From IMG/VR virus record IMGVR_UViG_3300046779_001754, positions 36,172 through 100,171 of that record: a stretch of DNA of 64,000 bases; one strand, 5' to 3'. The stretch's first letter is position 1. Every line of letters starts with the position of its first letter. This DNA is from a virus. Below the pieces are notes generated by a model. That model made no database searches and had not been told where the DNA came from. It worked only from the letters and a program-made list of their open reading frames with translations. A program made the translations under genes and the position numbers. Shown here piece by piece: positions 46,771 to 54,686 of the stretch.

Positions 46771-47564
46771 CAATTATATATGGTTTACCCGGACTCTATC
46801 AAAACTGGCTTTCAGCAGCACTTGATGCTGATGCTGACTTTAGTCACGGTGGCCGAAATTTTCAAACTCAACACAGCTCAATTCCCTGGATAAGCAAACA
46901 CGACGTCCGGCTAGATTCCACAAACAGCGATGTCATCAACTGTTTTGTTTGTTCTGACAATCTTCCCTGGTACCTATTTAATTTCTTTGAGAAAACTGAC
47001 GATGTTGGCATTAGAGTAGATCACTGGTGCGAGGACATACAACTCCTGGGCAATGATACTGTGGCCTATCAATCAATGCTGGATCATTGGCGTCAAACCT
47101 ACAATATTGACCAGCACAGCAATTCAGAATACATTAAAAACAGTGCAATTGAATATTTTTATCTGTTTTTTATACAATCATCACCGTGGAGAAGTTTGAT
47201 TGAATGGCAGCATCCCCGGGGTGTAAATATTGAATACAGCGACTTTGATGACATTGTTGCGTTACGACAAAAATTATCACCTGTGGTCACACTAGACGAT
47301 GATCATTTTGTACGCATGTATCATTTGTTGGTCGCAGCCAATTCGCGATATCTAGGATTGTCTAAGAAGTTCAATCAAAAAATTCAACAGTTACCGTTTT
47401 ACCAATCGTTTAATGTGATAGATCTAGCCTGGCTAGGAGCTTTGTTTTATCAAATTGATGGCATAGAATTGGATTGGTTTAGCTCTGATGTTCGACATCA
47501 GACAATAGTACAGCAATACACCAAAATACGTTGCGCACAAAGCAACAAAAATGTTAACATATGA
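46767..47564 (+). CDS. Hypothetical protein inserted between gp47 and gp46
   Basis: 265-aa ORF with a TTG start overlapping the gp47 stop. Confidence 0.65.
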   Translation: MTIIYGLPGLYQNWLSAALDADADFSHGGRNFQTQHSSIPWISKHDVRLDSTNSDVINCFVCSDNLPWYLFNFFEKTDDVGIRVDHWCEDIQLLGNDTVAYQSMLDHWRQTYNIDQHSNSEYIKNSAIEYFYLFFIQSSPWRSLIEWQHPRGVNIEYSDFDDIVALRQKLSPVVTLDDDHFVRMYHLLVAANSRYLGLSKKFNQKIQQLPFYQSFNVIDLAWLGALFYQIDGIELDWFSSDVRHQTIVQQYTKIRCAQSNKNVNI

Positions 47565-47568
47565 AACT

Positions 47569-49332
47569 ATGATCAATATCAGCAAACTTACAGTTCGAAA
47601 CTTTATGAGTGTGGGCAATGCTACACAGGCAGTTAATTTTGATCGTCGTGATTTAACCCTTGTTCTTGGAGAAAATCTAGATCTTGGCGGGGATGGTGCC
47701 AGAAATGGCACTGGTAAAACCACAATTATCAATGCTCTAAGTTTTGCACTCTACGGTCAGGCTTTGACTAACATACGCAAAGACAATCTTGTCAATAAAA
47801 CCAACAACAAAAATATGTTAGTGAGCTTGGAGTTTTCAATTGACAACAAAAATTATCGCATTGAACGCGGGCGTAAACCCAATATTCTAAAGCTCTATGT
47901 TGACAACGAACAGCAAGTAGATCGTGACGAGTCGCAAGGTGACAGTCGCGAAACACAGGATGAAATTGAACGTATGTTGGGATTGAGCCATGACATGTTT
48001 CGACATGTTGTTGCATTGAATACCTACACTGAGCCGTTTCTAAGTCTCAAGGCCAACGATCAGCGAACTATTATTGAACAATTGCTGGGTATAACTTTAC
48101 TAAGTGAACGTGCTGAACGTATCAAAGAATACAACAAACAAACCAAAGACAGTATTCAACAAGAAGAATTTCGCATACGTGCAACACAAGATGCCAACAA
48201 ACGAATTGAAGAACAGATTGCCAGCTTACAAAAACGTGCATTGCTATGGGACAACAAAAAAACCGAAGATGTTACCAAACTTCAAACTGCTGTCAACAGT
48301 CTAGAACACATAGACATCGATGCCGAAGTACAAGCACACCGAGACCTAGAAGCGTTTCATGGCAAGAAAAAGATTATTGATGAATGCAATCGCTGGATAC
48401 GTCAAATTGATCAAGATGATGCCAAGTTAATAAAACAATCTGAACAATATCAACGTGATCTAGCTGACATGGAAGATCACAAATGTTTTGCCTGTGGCAC
48501 TGTGGTACACGACGACAGTCTTGATGCTGTTAAACAACAACGCCTAACTCAGCTCAAAGAGCTGGCACTACAAATATTAACCAACGACACTCAACGCCAT
48601 GAACATCTAAATGAGATAGATGATCAAGGCGAATTGGGCATTGCGCCCACAGTGTTCTACGACGATATCGAACAGGCTCTAAATCATCGCAATAGTCTAG
48701 AAACTCTGCGGCGCGAACTTGCTACAAGATCTACCGAAGTCAACCCTTACACCGATCAAATCAGTGAGATGCAATCACAGGCTCTGCAAGAAATCAGCTA
48801 TGATCACCTCAATGAACTTACTAGACTACAAGATCATCAAGACTTTTTACTAAAACTACTCACACAAAAAGATTCGTTTATACGCAAGAAGATCATTGAG
48901 CAAAATTTGAGCTATCTCAATGCAAGACTAACACACTACTTGGATAGAATTGGATTACCTCATACAGTTACATTCCAAAACGATCTCACAGTGGAAATTA
49001 CTGAACTTGGTCGTGAACTAGATTTTGATAATCTAAGTCGCGGTGAACGCAATCGCTTAATTCTATCAATGAGCTGGGCGTTTCGTGATGTGTGGGAAAG
49101 TCTGTATCGTCCGATCAATGTGTTGTTTATTGATGAAATGATTGACTCAGGCATGGATACTCAAGGTGTAGAAAACAGTCTGGCACTTTTGAAGAAGATG
49201 ACTCGTGAACGTCACAAGAGTATTTGGTTGATTAGTCACCGAGATGAACTTGCAGGACGTGTTGAAAATATACTTCGTGTTGTCAAAGAAAACGGTTTCA
49301 CTAGTTATAACTCGGACGTAGACACTGTATGA
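47569..49332 (+). CDS. gp46: Recombination ATPase gp46 (SbcC/Rad50-like)
   Basis: Walker A NGTGKTT, zinc hook CFAC, signature LSRGE, Walker B LFIDE, ISH. The second Met is taken as the start. Confidence 0.94.
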   Translation: MINISKLTVRNFMSVGNATQAVNFDRRDLTLVLGENLDLGGDGARNGTGKTTIINALSFALYGQALTNIRKDNLVNKTNNKNMLVSLEFSIDNKNYRIERGRKPNILKLYVDNEQQVDRDESQGDSRETQDEIERMLGLSHDMFRHVVALNTYTEPFLSLKANDQRTIIEQLLGITLLSERAERIKEYNKQTKDSIQQEEFRIRATQDANKRIEEQIASLQKRALLWDNKKTEDVTKLQTAVNSLEHIDIDAEVQAHRDLEAFHGKKKIIDECNRWIRQIDQDDAKLIKQSEQYQRDLADMEDHKCFACGTVVHDDSLDAVKQQRLTQLKELALQILTNDTQRHEHLNEIDDQGELGIAPTVFYDDIEQALNHRNSLETLRRELATRSTEVNPYTDQISEMQSQALQEISYDHLNELTRLQDHQDFLLKLLTQKDSFIRKKIIEQNLSYLNARLTHYLDRIGLPHTVTFQNDLTVEITELGRELDFDNLSRGERNRLILSMSWAFRDVWESLYRPINVLFIDEMIDSGMDTQGVENSLALLKKMTRERHKSIWLISHRDELAGRVENILRVVKENGFTSYNSDVDTV

Positions 49333-50342
49333 AACTAGCAACTTGGCACTGGCACATAGAAATATCTAGCAAATGTACTTTGCATTGTCCTCGCTGTGCC
49401 CGCCAAGAAGTTCCTGATACTTTAGTAAACACCGAACTTGACATAGAATTCTTCTGGCGTAACTTTCCCGAGGATTTTATCATTGAGCATGTTGATAAAA
49501 TTACATTTTGCGGTGATGATGGTGACCCTATCTATGCACACGACTTAGTTGAAGTTGTGAAATATTTCAAAAACACCAAGCCCACAATTGAAATAGTGGT
49601 TGTTACCAATGGTAGCTACAAGTCCTCAACTTGGTGGGCCGGGTTGGCTCTTGTGCTTGATCAACAGGATTCGGTGCATTTCAGTATTGATGGCTATAAT
49701 CAAATCAGTAACGAGTTATATCGAGTCAACAGTGATTGGGATAGCATCCTAATGGGAATACGCACCTTGCGTCTACACAGCAAATGTCATATCATATGGG
49801 ACGCCATAGCATTTAGTTTTAACGAAGGATTTCTTGATGTCATGCGTCAACAGGCTCAGGACATGGGCATGGATCGATTTCAGCTGACCAAGAGCACAAA
49901 GTTTAGTAGGATATATCCAATCTACGGTGTCAATGACTTGCTAGAACCAAAGCAAGTAAATCTGATTAGTTCGTCAGAACGATTTGAGCGGGAAGTTACA
50001 GATTTTACCCAACGAGAAGTTCCCAGTTGGAATATCAATCAAGACTTATATCACTCAAGTCAAATCTATAATAATGTACGTCCCATGTGTTCGATAGGAA
50101 ACAAAGGACTGTATATCAGTGCGCAGGGGTATTTTTATCCTTGCTGCTGGGTAGCAAATCGCTATTCACATAATCACGATTGGGAAAAACTAAAACAACA
50201 GTTTGATCTTAATCAACGCAATTTACAGGATGTTTTAACAGATGAGTTTTGGTCTGGAGCATTTACCAATTTCAACTGGCGAGAGTGTCAAACCAAATGT
50301 TCAGCTGGCTTAGTCACAGAAGATTATGCTTCGCAATGGTAG
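49329..50342 (+). CDS. Radical SAM protein with C-terminal SPASM/twitch domain
   Basis: CTLHCPRC, CGDDGDP, VTNGS; C-terminal YPCCW...CQTKC. Confidence 0.88.
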   Translation: MKLATWHWHIEISSKCTLHCPRCARQEVPDTLVNTELDIEFFWRNFPEDFIIEHVDKITFCGDDGDPIYAHDLVEVVKYFKNTKPTIEIVVVTNGSYKSSTWWAGLALVLDQQDSVHFSIDGYNQISNELYRVNSDWDSILMGIRTLRLHSKCHIIWDAIAFSFNEGFLDVMRQQAQDMGMDRFQLTKSTKFSRIYPIYGVNDLLEPKQVNLISSSERFEREVTDFTQREVPSWNINQDLYHSSQIYNNVRPMCSIGNKGLYISAQGYFYPCCWVANRYSHNHDWEKLKQQFDLNQRNLQDVLTDEFWSGAFTNFNWRECQTKCSAGLVTEDYASQW

Positions 50343-50358
50343 GAGATAATTATGCTGT

Positions 50359-50793
50359 ATGTCTTGGCTTTTTGAATCCAACCTAGTTGAAAATTTACCT
50401 GAAGATTGTGCAGGATTTGTATATTGCATCACAAACAGGATCACAGGCAGAAAATACATAGGCAAAAAACTGGCACGATTTAAACGAACAACTTATAAAG
50501 TAGTAAAACTTAAAAACGGTAACAAAAAGCGCAAAAAAATTCGTGGATCAGTGGATTCAGATTGGCAAACATACTACGGCTCATCACCAGAACTTCTCAA
50601 AGACGTTGAACAATTAGGCTCACAAAATTTCTCACGCGAAATCCTATACTATTGCAAAACCAAAGCGGAATGCAGTTATATAGAGGCTCGTGAACAATTT
50701 GCAAGACGTGTACTGGAATCCGATGACTACTACAATGGTCACATTCAGGTACGTGTACATGGCTCTCACATCAAAGGCAAACTAAGCAGTTAA
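50359..50793 (+). CDS. Minimal GIY-YIG endonuclease (144 aa)
   Basis: GFVYCITNRITGRKYIGKK, YYGSS, FSREIL, conserved Glu (YIEARE) and YYN. Confidence 0.88.
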   Translation: MSWLFESNLVENLPEDCAGFVYCITNRITGRKYIGKKLARFKRTTYKVVKLKNGNKKRKKIRGSVDSDWQTYYGSSPELLKDVEQLGSQNFSREILYYCKTKAECSYIEAREQFARRVLESDDYYNGHIQVRVHGSHIKGKLSS

Positions 50794-50796
50794 GGC

Positions 50797-51140
50797 TAGC
50801 ACAGGCTAAAATCGTGTGCCCTGGACCTGGATCTCGGATCGCAGGGATGGAAGACTCACCGCGCTAGTGAGCACTCAACTACTACCCCCCGGGATGAAGA
50901 TCGCAAACGCCGCGATTTAGTTGTTTGAAAAGGATAAAGGCTGAAAAGACGCATGAGCGATCATGCACGTTTGTTAGTAAGGACTAGCATCTTACAAATA
51001 AACCGCCGTTGTATAAAGACGGAGCTCGAGGTACCGGACAACCGCCTCTGTAATGCTCTAATGCTAGTGACTGTGCTACTCGGATGATGTAGACTTTTTT
51101 TCTTTGCCCGCCCTGGGCAAAGTATGACTGCTTTATCTGG
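50797..51140 (+). ncRNA. Candidate large structured non-coding RNA (family unassigned)
   Basis: No annotated ORF. 8-bp helix 50797-804/51071-78 encloses at least 8 nested stems, a GNRA-capped hairpin and an 8-bp pseudoknot; a further stem-loop domain spans 51081-51139. Confidence 0.7.
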
Positions 51141-51162
51141 ATGATATATCTTCTAAAAACAA

Positions 51163-51205
51163 TGTTGATGAGCGATAGCGAATCAACAGATGACGTTAGT
51201 CATCT
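51163..51205. other. Two tandem hairpins between convergent transcription units
   Basis: TGTTGAT/ATCAACA enclosing GAGCGATAGCGA, then AGATGAC-GTTA-GTCATCT. Confidence 0.5.
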
Positions 51206-52194
51206 TATAAAGGATGTTTATTCTTCTCTAACAATGGATAGAGTTTGTTTGTATTGTTTGGAAAATGAATCAATTGCCAATTGCGAATGTTTAAATTGTG
51301 TTGGTATATTAGACGATGTTGTATAATTGCTTCTTGTAGTATGGTCAATCGTGGTAAAGGATAATTCCATCCACGAACAATAGCAGTTACAATATGGTCT
51401 ATGTTGTCAGAAAAAGTAATCATGGGTTGTTGTATACCTTGCCATTGGCGATATATCTTTCTCCAGTGGTTTAGTCTTGATCTGTCTACAGACTCGTTGA
51501 TATAGTCAAGGCATTGTATTACTGTGTTTTCACCATCGCTCCATAATTCTCTACAGTTGATCCAGAGATGATCTCCATTGAAATCTAAGAATTTATTGTC
51601 CAAGTGATATTGGTCCAATTGAAGATTCAACGCCAGTATTTCTCGTTGATCCCATATTTCTGTATACTGGTTAAACTTTTCAGCAAAATATGTTCGGTGA
51701 AAAGTTTCAAAATTATGCTCGTTGTCCCGAGCCAACGACAGTGCTTGATACGTGACCAGTGATTGATCAGCAGCTATGAATATCAATGGCATGGATCGTT
51801 GGTATATGTCAGTAACTATTTTTGAAAAATCAATCTCGCTGGTAGTGATCAACCAATTTATTATGTCTTTGCTGTGATAGTCAGTGATGTTGATATCCAG
51901 TGCCCTGGCACAGGTTGCAATGTCTACAGGACTAGGATAACAGCTATGAAATCGTTCAGTAGCGGTTTCTAGCAAAGTGTCAACGGTGTTGCAATAGCTA
52001 CCGTGTCCTTCGGGATGATTCTTGGGATGTTGGTGTGCGTTGGACCGGGTTAGAGGGTTGCTGGGCAATTCCAGCCATTGCTGCTGCTCAACGTTGTATA
52101 CAGAGTTGACTCCGGCCAACCAGTTGATGCTCCAATCTAAAAAAGTAGCACCTACTTGACCTATGCTGGTCACACAAACTACTTTAGATGTCAT
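51205..52194 (-). CDS. Hypothetical protein, probable paralog of 44870-45760
   Basis: Start reassigned to MTSKVV (52194), overlapping the upstream stop. QVGATFLDWSI aligns with AYGTYVEWCL, and QEAIIQHRL with SEAWLQWQL. Confidence 0.65.
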   Translation of the reverse strand: MTSKVVCVTSIGQVGATFLDWSINWLAGVNSVYNVEQQQWLELPSNPLTRSNAHQHPKNHPEGHGSYCNTVDTLLETATERFHSCYPSPVDIATCARALDINITDYHSKDIINWLITTSEIDFSKIVTDIYQRSMPLIFIAADQSLVTYQALSLARDNEHNFETFHRTYFAEKFNQYTEIWDQREILALNLQLDQYHLDNKFLDFNGDHLWINCRELWSDGENTVIQCLDYINESVDRSRLNHWRKIYRQWQGIQQPMITFSDNIDHIVTAIVRGWNYPLPRLTILQEAIIQHRLIYQHNLNIRNWQLIHFPNNTNKLYPLLEKNKHPL

Positions 52195-52519
52195 CGGGCC
52201 AGTCTCTAAACAGGGCGTGTTGTATGTTGCCTGACACAAACTGATTGAAGCTACGATGCTTGTCTTCGAGTTCGCCCTGAAGTGGGGCAACTCTCTTAAA
52301 TGCCTGCTCCATGTGTGCCATGTCACGAAATTCCATCAGGATCATCCACTCAGGCATGTTGGGTATACTACGAAATCCCATTTTACAACGTGTGATTCTG
52401 TAGCCAAGCATCTTGTCCTCCTGTACTAGATGATCAAAAAAGCTTTTCATGTTTGTGACCCAGTCAAGGTCAGATATGTCGCCTTCTTTGTCGGCCCATA
52501 TAGTGTATAAGTCTGCCAT
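52184..52519 (-). CDS. Small alpha/beta-barrel-like protein (DUF6614-like)
   Basis: DLYTIW...YRITRCKMGF...EWMILMEF...ALFRDWPD pattern, recognised from memory. Confidence 0.5.
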   Translation of the reverse strand: MADLYTIWADKEGDISDLDWVTNMKSFFDHLVQEDKMLGYRITRCKMGFRSIPNMPEWMILMEFRDMAHMEQAFKRVAPLQGELEDKHRSFNQFVSGNIQHALFRDWPDDI

Positions 52520-53532
52520 TAATCTCTTTCTGGAAAAAAGTTTTGCATCTGACCACGCCGATGCAAGTCACTGGTCACACAGTGTATACCACCATCCCAG
52601 AAATATCTGTGACGGAACGGTACAACGTGCGCTGTTACTCCGTAACGGTCTAGTGCATCAAACACAGTTTTGTTGTAGTTAAACACCAAGACATTTTTAG
52701 GATCAACAATCAGCATGTTGACATCAAACACTGTTTCTTCAACATACCCTACCCAGTGATCAAGCCAGGTCTCAACAGTGTCAATTACTTCTTGATCGTG
52801 CTCAGATCCAGGAATCCACCACTTGCCTTGATTTTTTTCTTTGAGATCAAGGAACGGTTTGACTTGATCCCAGCTCTGGCCTGGAAGATAAATTACTTCC
52901 CAGCCCGGGAATGTTGCAGCATAACTGGGAACGTCATATAAACTTATAATCAATCCCGGTGTAACTGCACAAAATGTGCCGTCGCTGTGACCACCGGTGT
53001 TGACAATATGATTGCGTGTTGCAGTAAATTCCTGATTGGCAATGTGCTGGAAAATTTTAGGATCAGTGTCAAAAAATCTAGTACCAATATAAAGATCGCG
53101 ACCAACTCTAGTGATCATTGCTCCGTTGATCCATTGATGAGGTGTTCTACGTACAGTGTTACCTTGGTCAGCAACGTGTTTGATAATTGATTCCCAACCT
53201 GACAACCATCCTGCATGTTGATTGGTGTGATCGTAAAAAACCGATCCCACCATGACAGTATAATCTCTAGGAGTCATTGGTGGCGGAAGGTACCGTGAAT
53301 TGTCTGGTAACAAATAGTGCGATGCTTCGTAGAGATTAGGTCTCAATACTTTGACATTGAATTCTTCAAGTTTGCTGATAATGGCCTGATAATCTTCTTC
53401 GGTTTCCGCGGCTATTTTTTCAAAAAGAGTTCGAACTCTAGGGTGCTGAATCCAACTGTAAAATTCTGGAGGATAACTACGTCCTACAACGCAGACTTCT
53501 AACGGATCCCAGTGTTGATAGACATTGTACAT
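52519..53532 (-). CDS. Amidinotransferase (glycine/inosamine-phosphate amidinotransferase family)
   Basis: WDPLEVCVVG, PRD, GHSDG (catalytic His), C-terminal GGIHCVT (catalytic Cys). Confidence 0.85.
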   Translation of the reverse strand: MYNVYQHWDPLEVCVVGRSYPPEFYSWIQHPRVRTLFEKIAAETEEDYQAIISKLEEFNVKVLRPNLYEASHYLLPDNSRYLPPPMTPRDYTVMVGSVFYDHTNQHAGWLSGWESIIKHVADQGNTVRRTPHQWINGAMITRVGRDLYIGTRFFDTDPKIFQHIANQEFTATRNHIVNTGGHSDGTFCAVTPGLIISLYDVPSYAATFPGWEVIYLPGQSWDQVKPFLDLKEKNQGKWWIPGSEHDQEVIDTVETWLDHWVGYVEETVFDVNMLIVDPKNVLVFNYNKTVFDALDRYGVTAHVVPFRHRYFWDGGIHCVTSDLHRRGQMQNFFPERD

Positions 53533-53972
53533 TAAGTCATTGGTCCTAAAATTTCAAATCCGTCTATTTCGGATTTGTACAAATGAGCCTGTTCTAGATA
53601 TAGATAATTAAAACCTCGGGCTTTGTAGATGGCACATTCGGTTTTCATTGTTTCTATTCCCAACCGCATCTTTGGCTTGTGGTAGGTCCAAGCAAACTGA
53701 TCACACAATGCACTATATCCATCATATCTACGAATCAAACTCCAGGCCACAAGTTCGTTGTTGTCATAGTAACCAATAATGTCGGCCATGGTATCTTGAT
53801 AACGACTGTGAAACATAGGCATAACCGACGCAAAACGCTTGTACATACAGTAACGGCGATAGATAGCATCTAGTTGCTGACAAACTTCAGGGGTTGGTTT
53901 GAGATAATGCCAACGCACTGATTCTGTGTAGTCGGTGCAGGCAAGATCTATTCTAGCGAACTGATAGGTCAT
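53532..53972 (-). CDS. GNAT-fold protein resembling the C-terminal domain of arginyl-tRNA-protein transferase
   Basis: GYYDNNELVAWS, RLGIETMKTEC, GFNYLYL, YKSEIDGFEIL. Confidence 0.5.
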   Translation of the reverse strand: MTYQFARIDLACTDYTESVRWHYLKPTPEVCQQLDAIYRRYCMYKRFASVMPMFHSRYQDTMADIIGYYDNNELVAWSLIRRYDGYSALCDQFAWTYHKPKMRLGIETMKTECAIYKARGFNYLYLEQAHLYKSEIDGFEILGPMT

Positions 53973-54472
53973 TGTCTTGGATCTTGGCGATGTGCAAATA
54001 GGCCTTGGAGATAATCTTCAGGCCAATCTTGATAGTAACCTTTATGGGCCAGTTGCTGGGCTGCTGTGTTGAGTTTGGTTTTGTCTTGCAAAAATATCAG
54101 TGCATACTGTCCTTGATTCATTACAACACCTTTGACAATTTCTGAGGAGTCAGGGTGATCAGTCAAGGCCAACATATTTTTATTGTTGAGATAGTTGATC
54201 TGCACCATCAGCGCACAGTTTTCCAACTGATCAGCACTGATGACTTTGGGATCATACACCAACACCACAACTTCACGTCCTTGCATACCCCAACGCCAGT
54301 GATTCACCAAATCAAAGTAAGGATCATTGCCGGGTAAGATAGCAATAGTTTTGGCCAAGCGTGCCTGGCGAGCATAAGGGCACGGCGGCCAGTTGTTAAG
54401 AGCCGGATTAGGCTGCTCAACAAAGTCTGTAATCCACTGTTCAATATCTTGTTTGGCTTTTTCAAAGTCCAT
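53969..54472 (-). CDS. Hypothetical protein (DUF1415-like)
   Basis: WITDFVE...PPCPYAR and DHP motifs. Confidence 0.5.
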   Translation of the reverse strand: MDFEKAKQDIEQWITDFVEQPNPALNNWPPCPYARQARLAKTIAILPGNDPYFDLVNHWRWGMQGREVVVLVYDPKVISADQLENCALMVQINYLNNKNMLALTDHPDSSEIVKGVVMNQGQYALIFLQDKTKLNTAAQQLAHKGYYQDWPEDYLQGLFAHRQDPRQ

Positions 54473-54660
54473 TAGAAGAAAGGTAAATTTGTTTTCTTTG
54501 TGGTTTCAAGATTATCTTTGATCAATTCATTGATAGCTTGTCGCTCATTGTAGCTCAACTGCAAAGCATCACCGTAGCTAAGTCCACCGCGCATGTACCA
54601 GCTAAGTTTCAATGATTCAGCTTTGAGTGCAGCAGCTTCCTTGTCCATAGTGTTGACCAT
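54472..54660 (-). CDS. Small tail-assembly chaperone segment, probably the -1 frameshift extension of the upstream gene
   Basis: LSWYMRGGLSY...ERQ; the frame is open back to the slippery site at 54708. Confidence 0.65.
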   Translation of the reverse strand: MVNTMDKEAAALKAESLKLSWYMRGGLSYGDALQLSYNERQAINELIKDNLETTKKTNLPFF

Positions 54661-54686
54661 GGCCTCAATTTCTTCTGGACTAGAAG

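Noticed and set aside
50794-51204. Group I intron, RNase P RNA, tmRNA, tRNA or CRISPR array as the identity of the non-coding region
   Set aside because: No interrupted host gene, no recognisable P7 or RNase P P4 consensus, no tRNA-like ends and no repeat-spacer periodicity seen by eye. An Rfam search is still needed.
51141-51326. 61-aa plus-strand ORF
   Set aside because: Overlaps the hairpins and the convergent gene, has no ribosome-binding site and no recognisable motif.
52195-52326. N-terminal extension of the 373-aa ORF in the track
   Set aside because: It lies inside the upstream DUF6614-like gene; ATG 52194 gives normal translational coupling.
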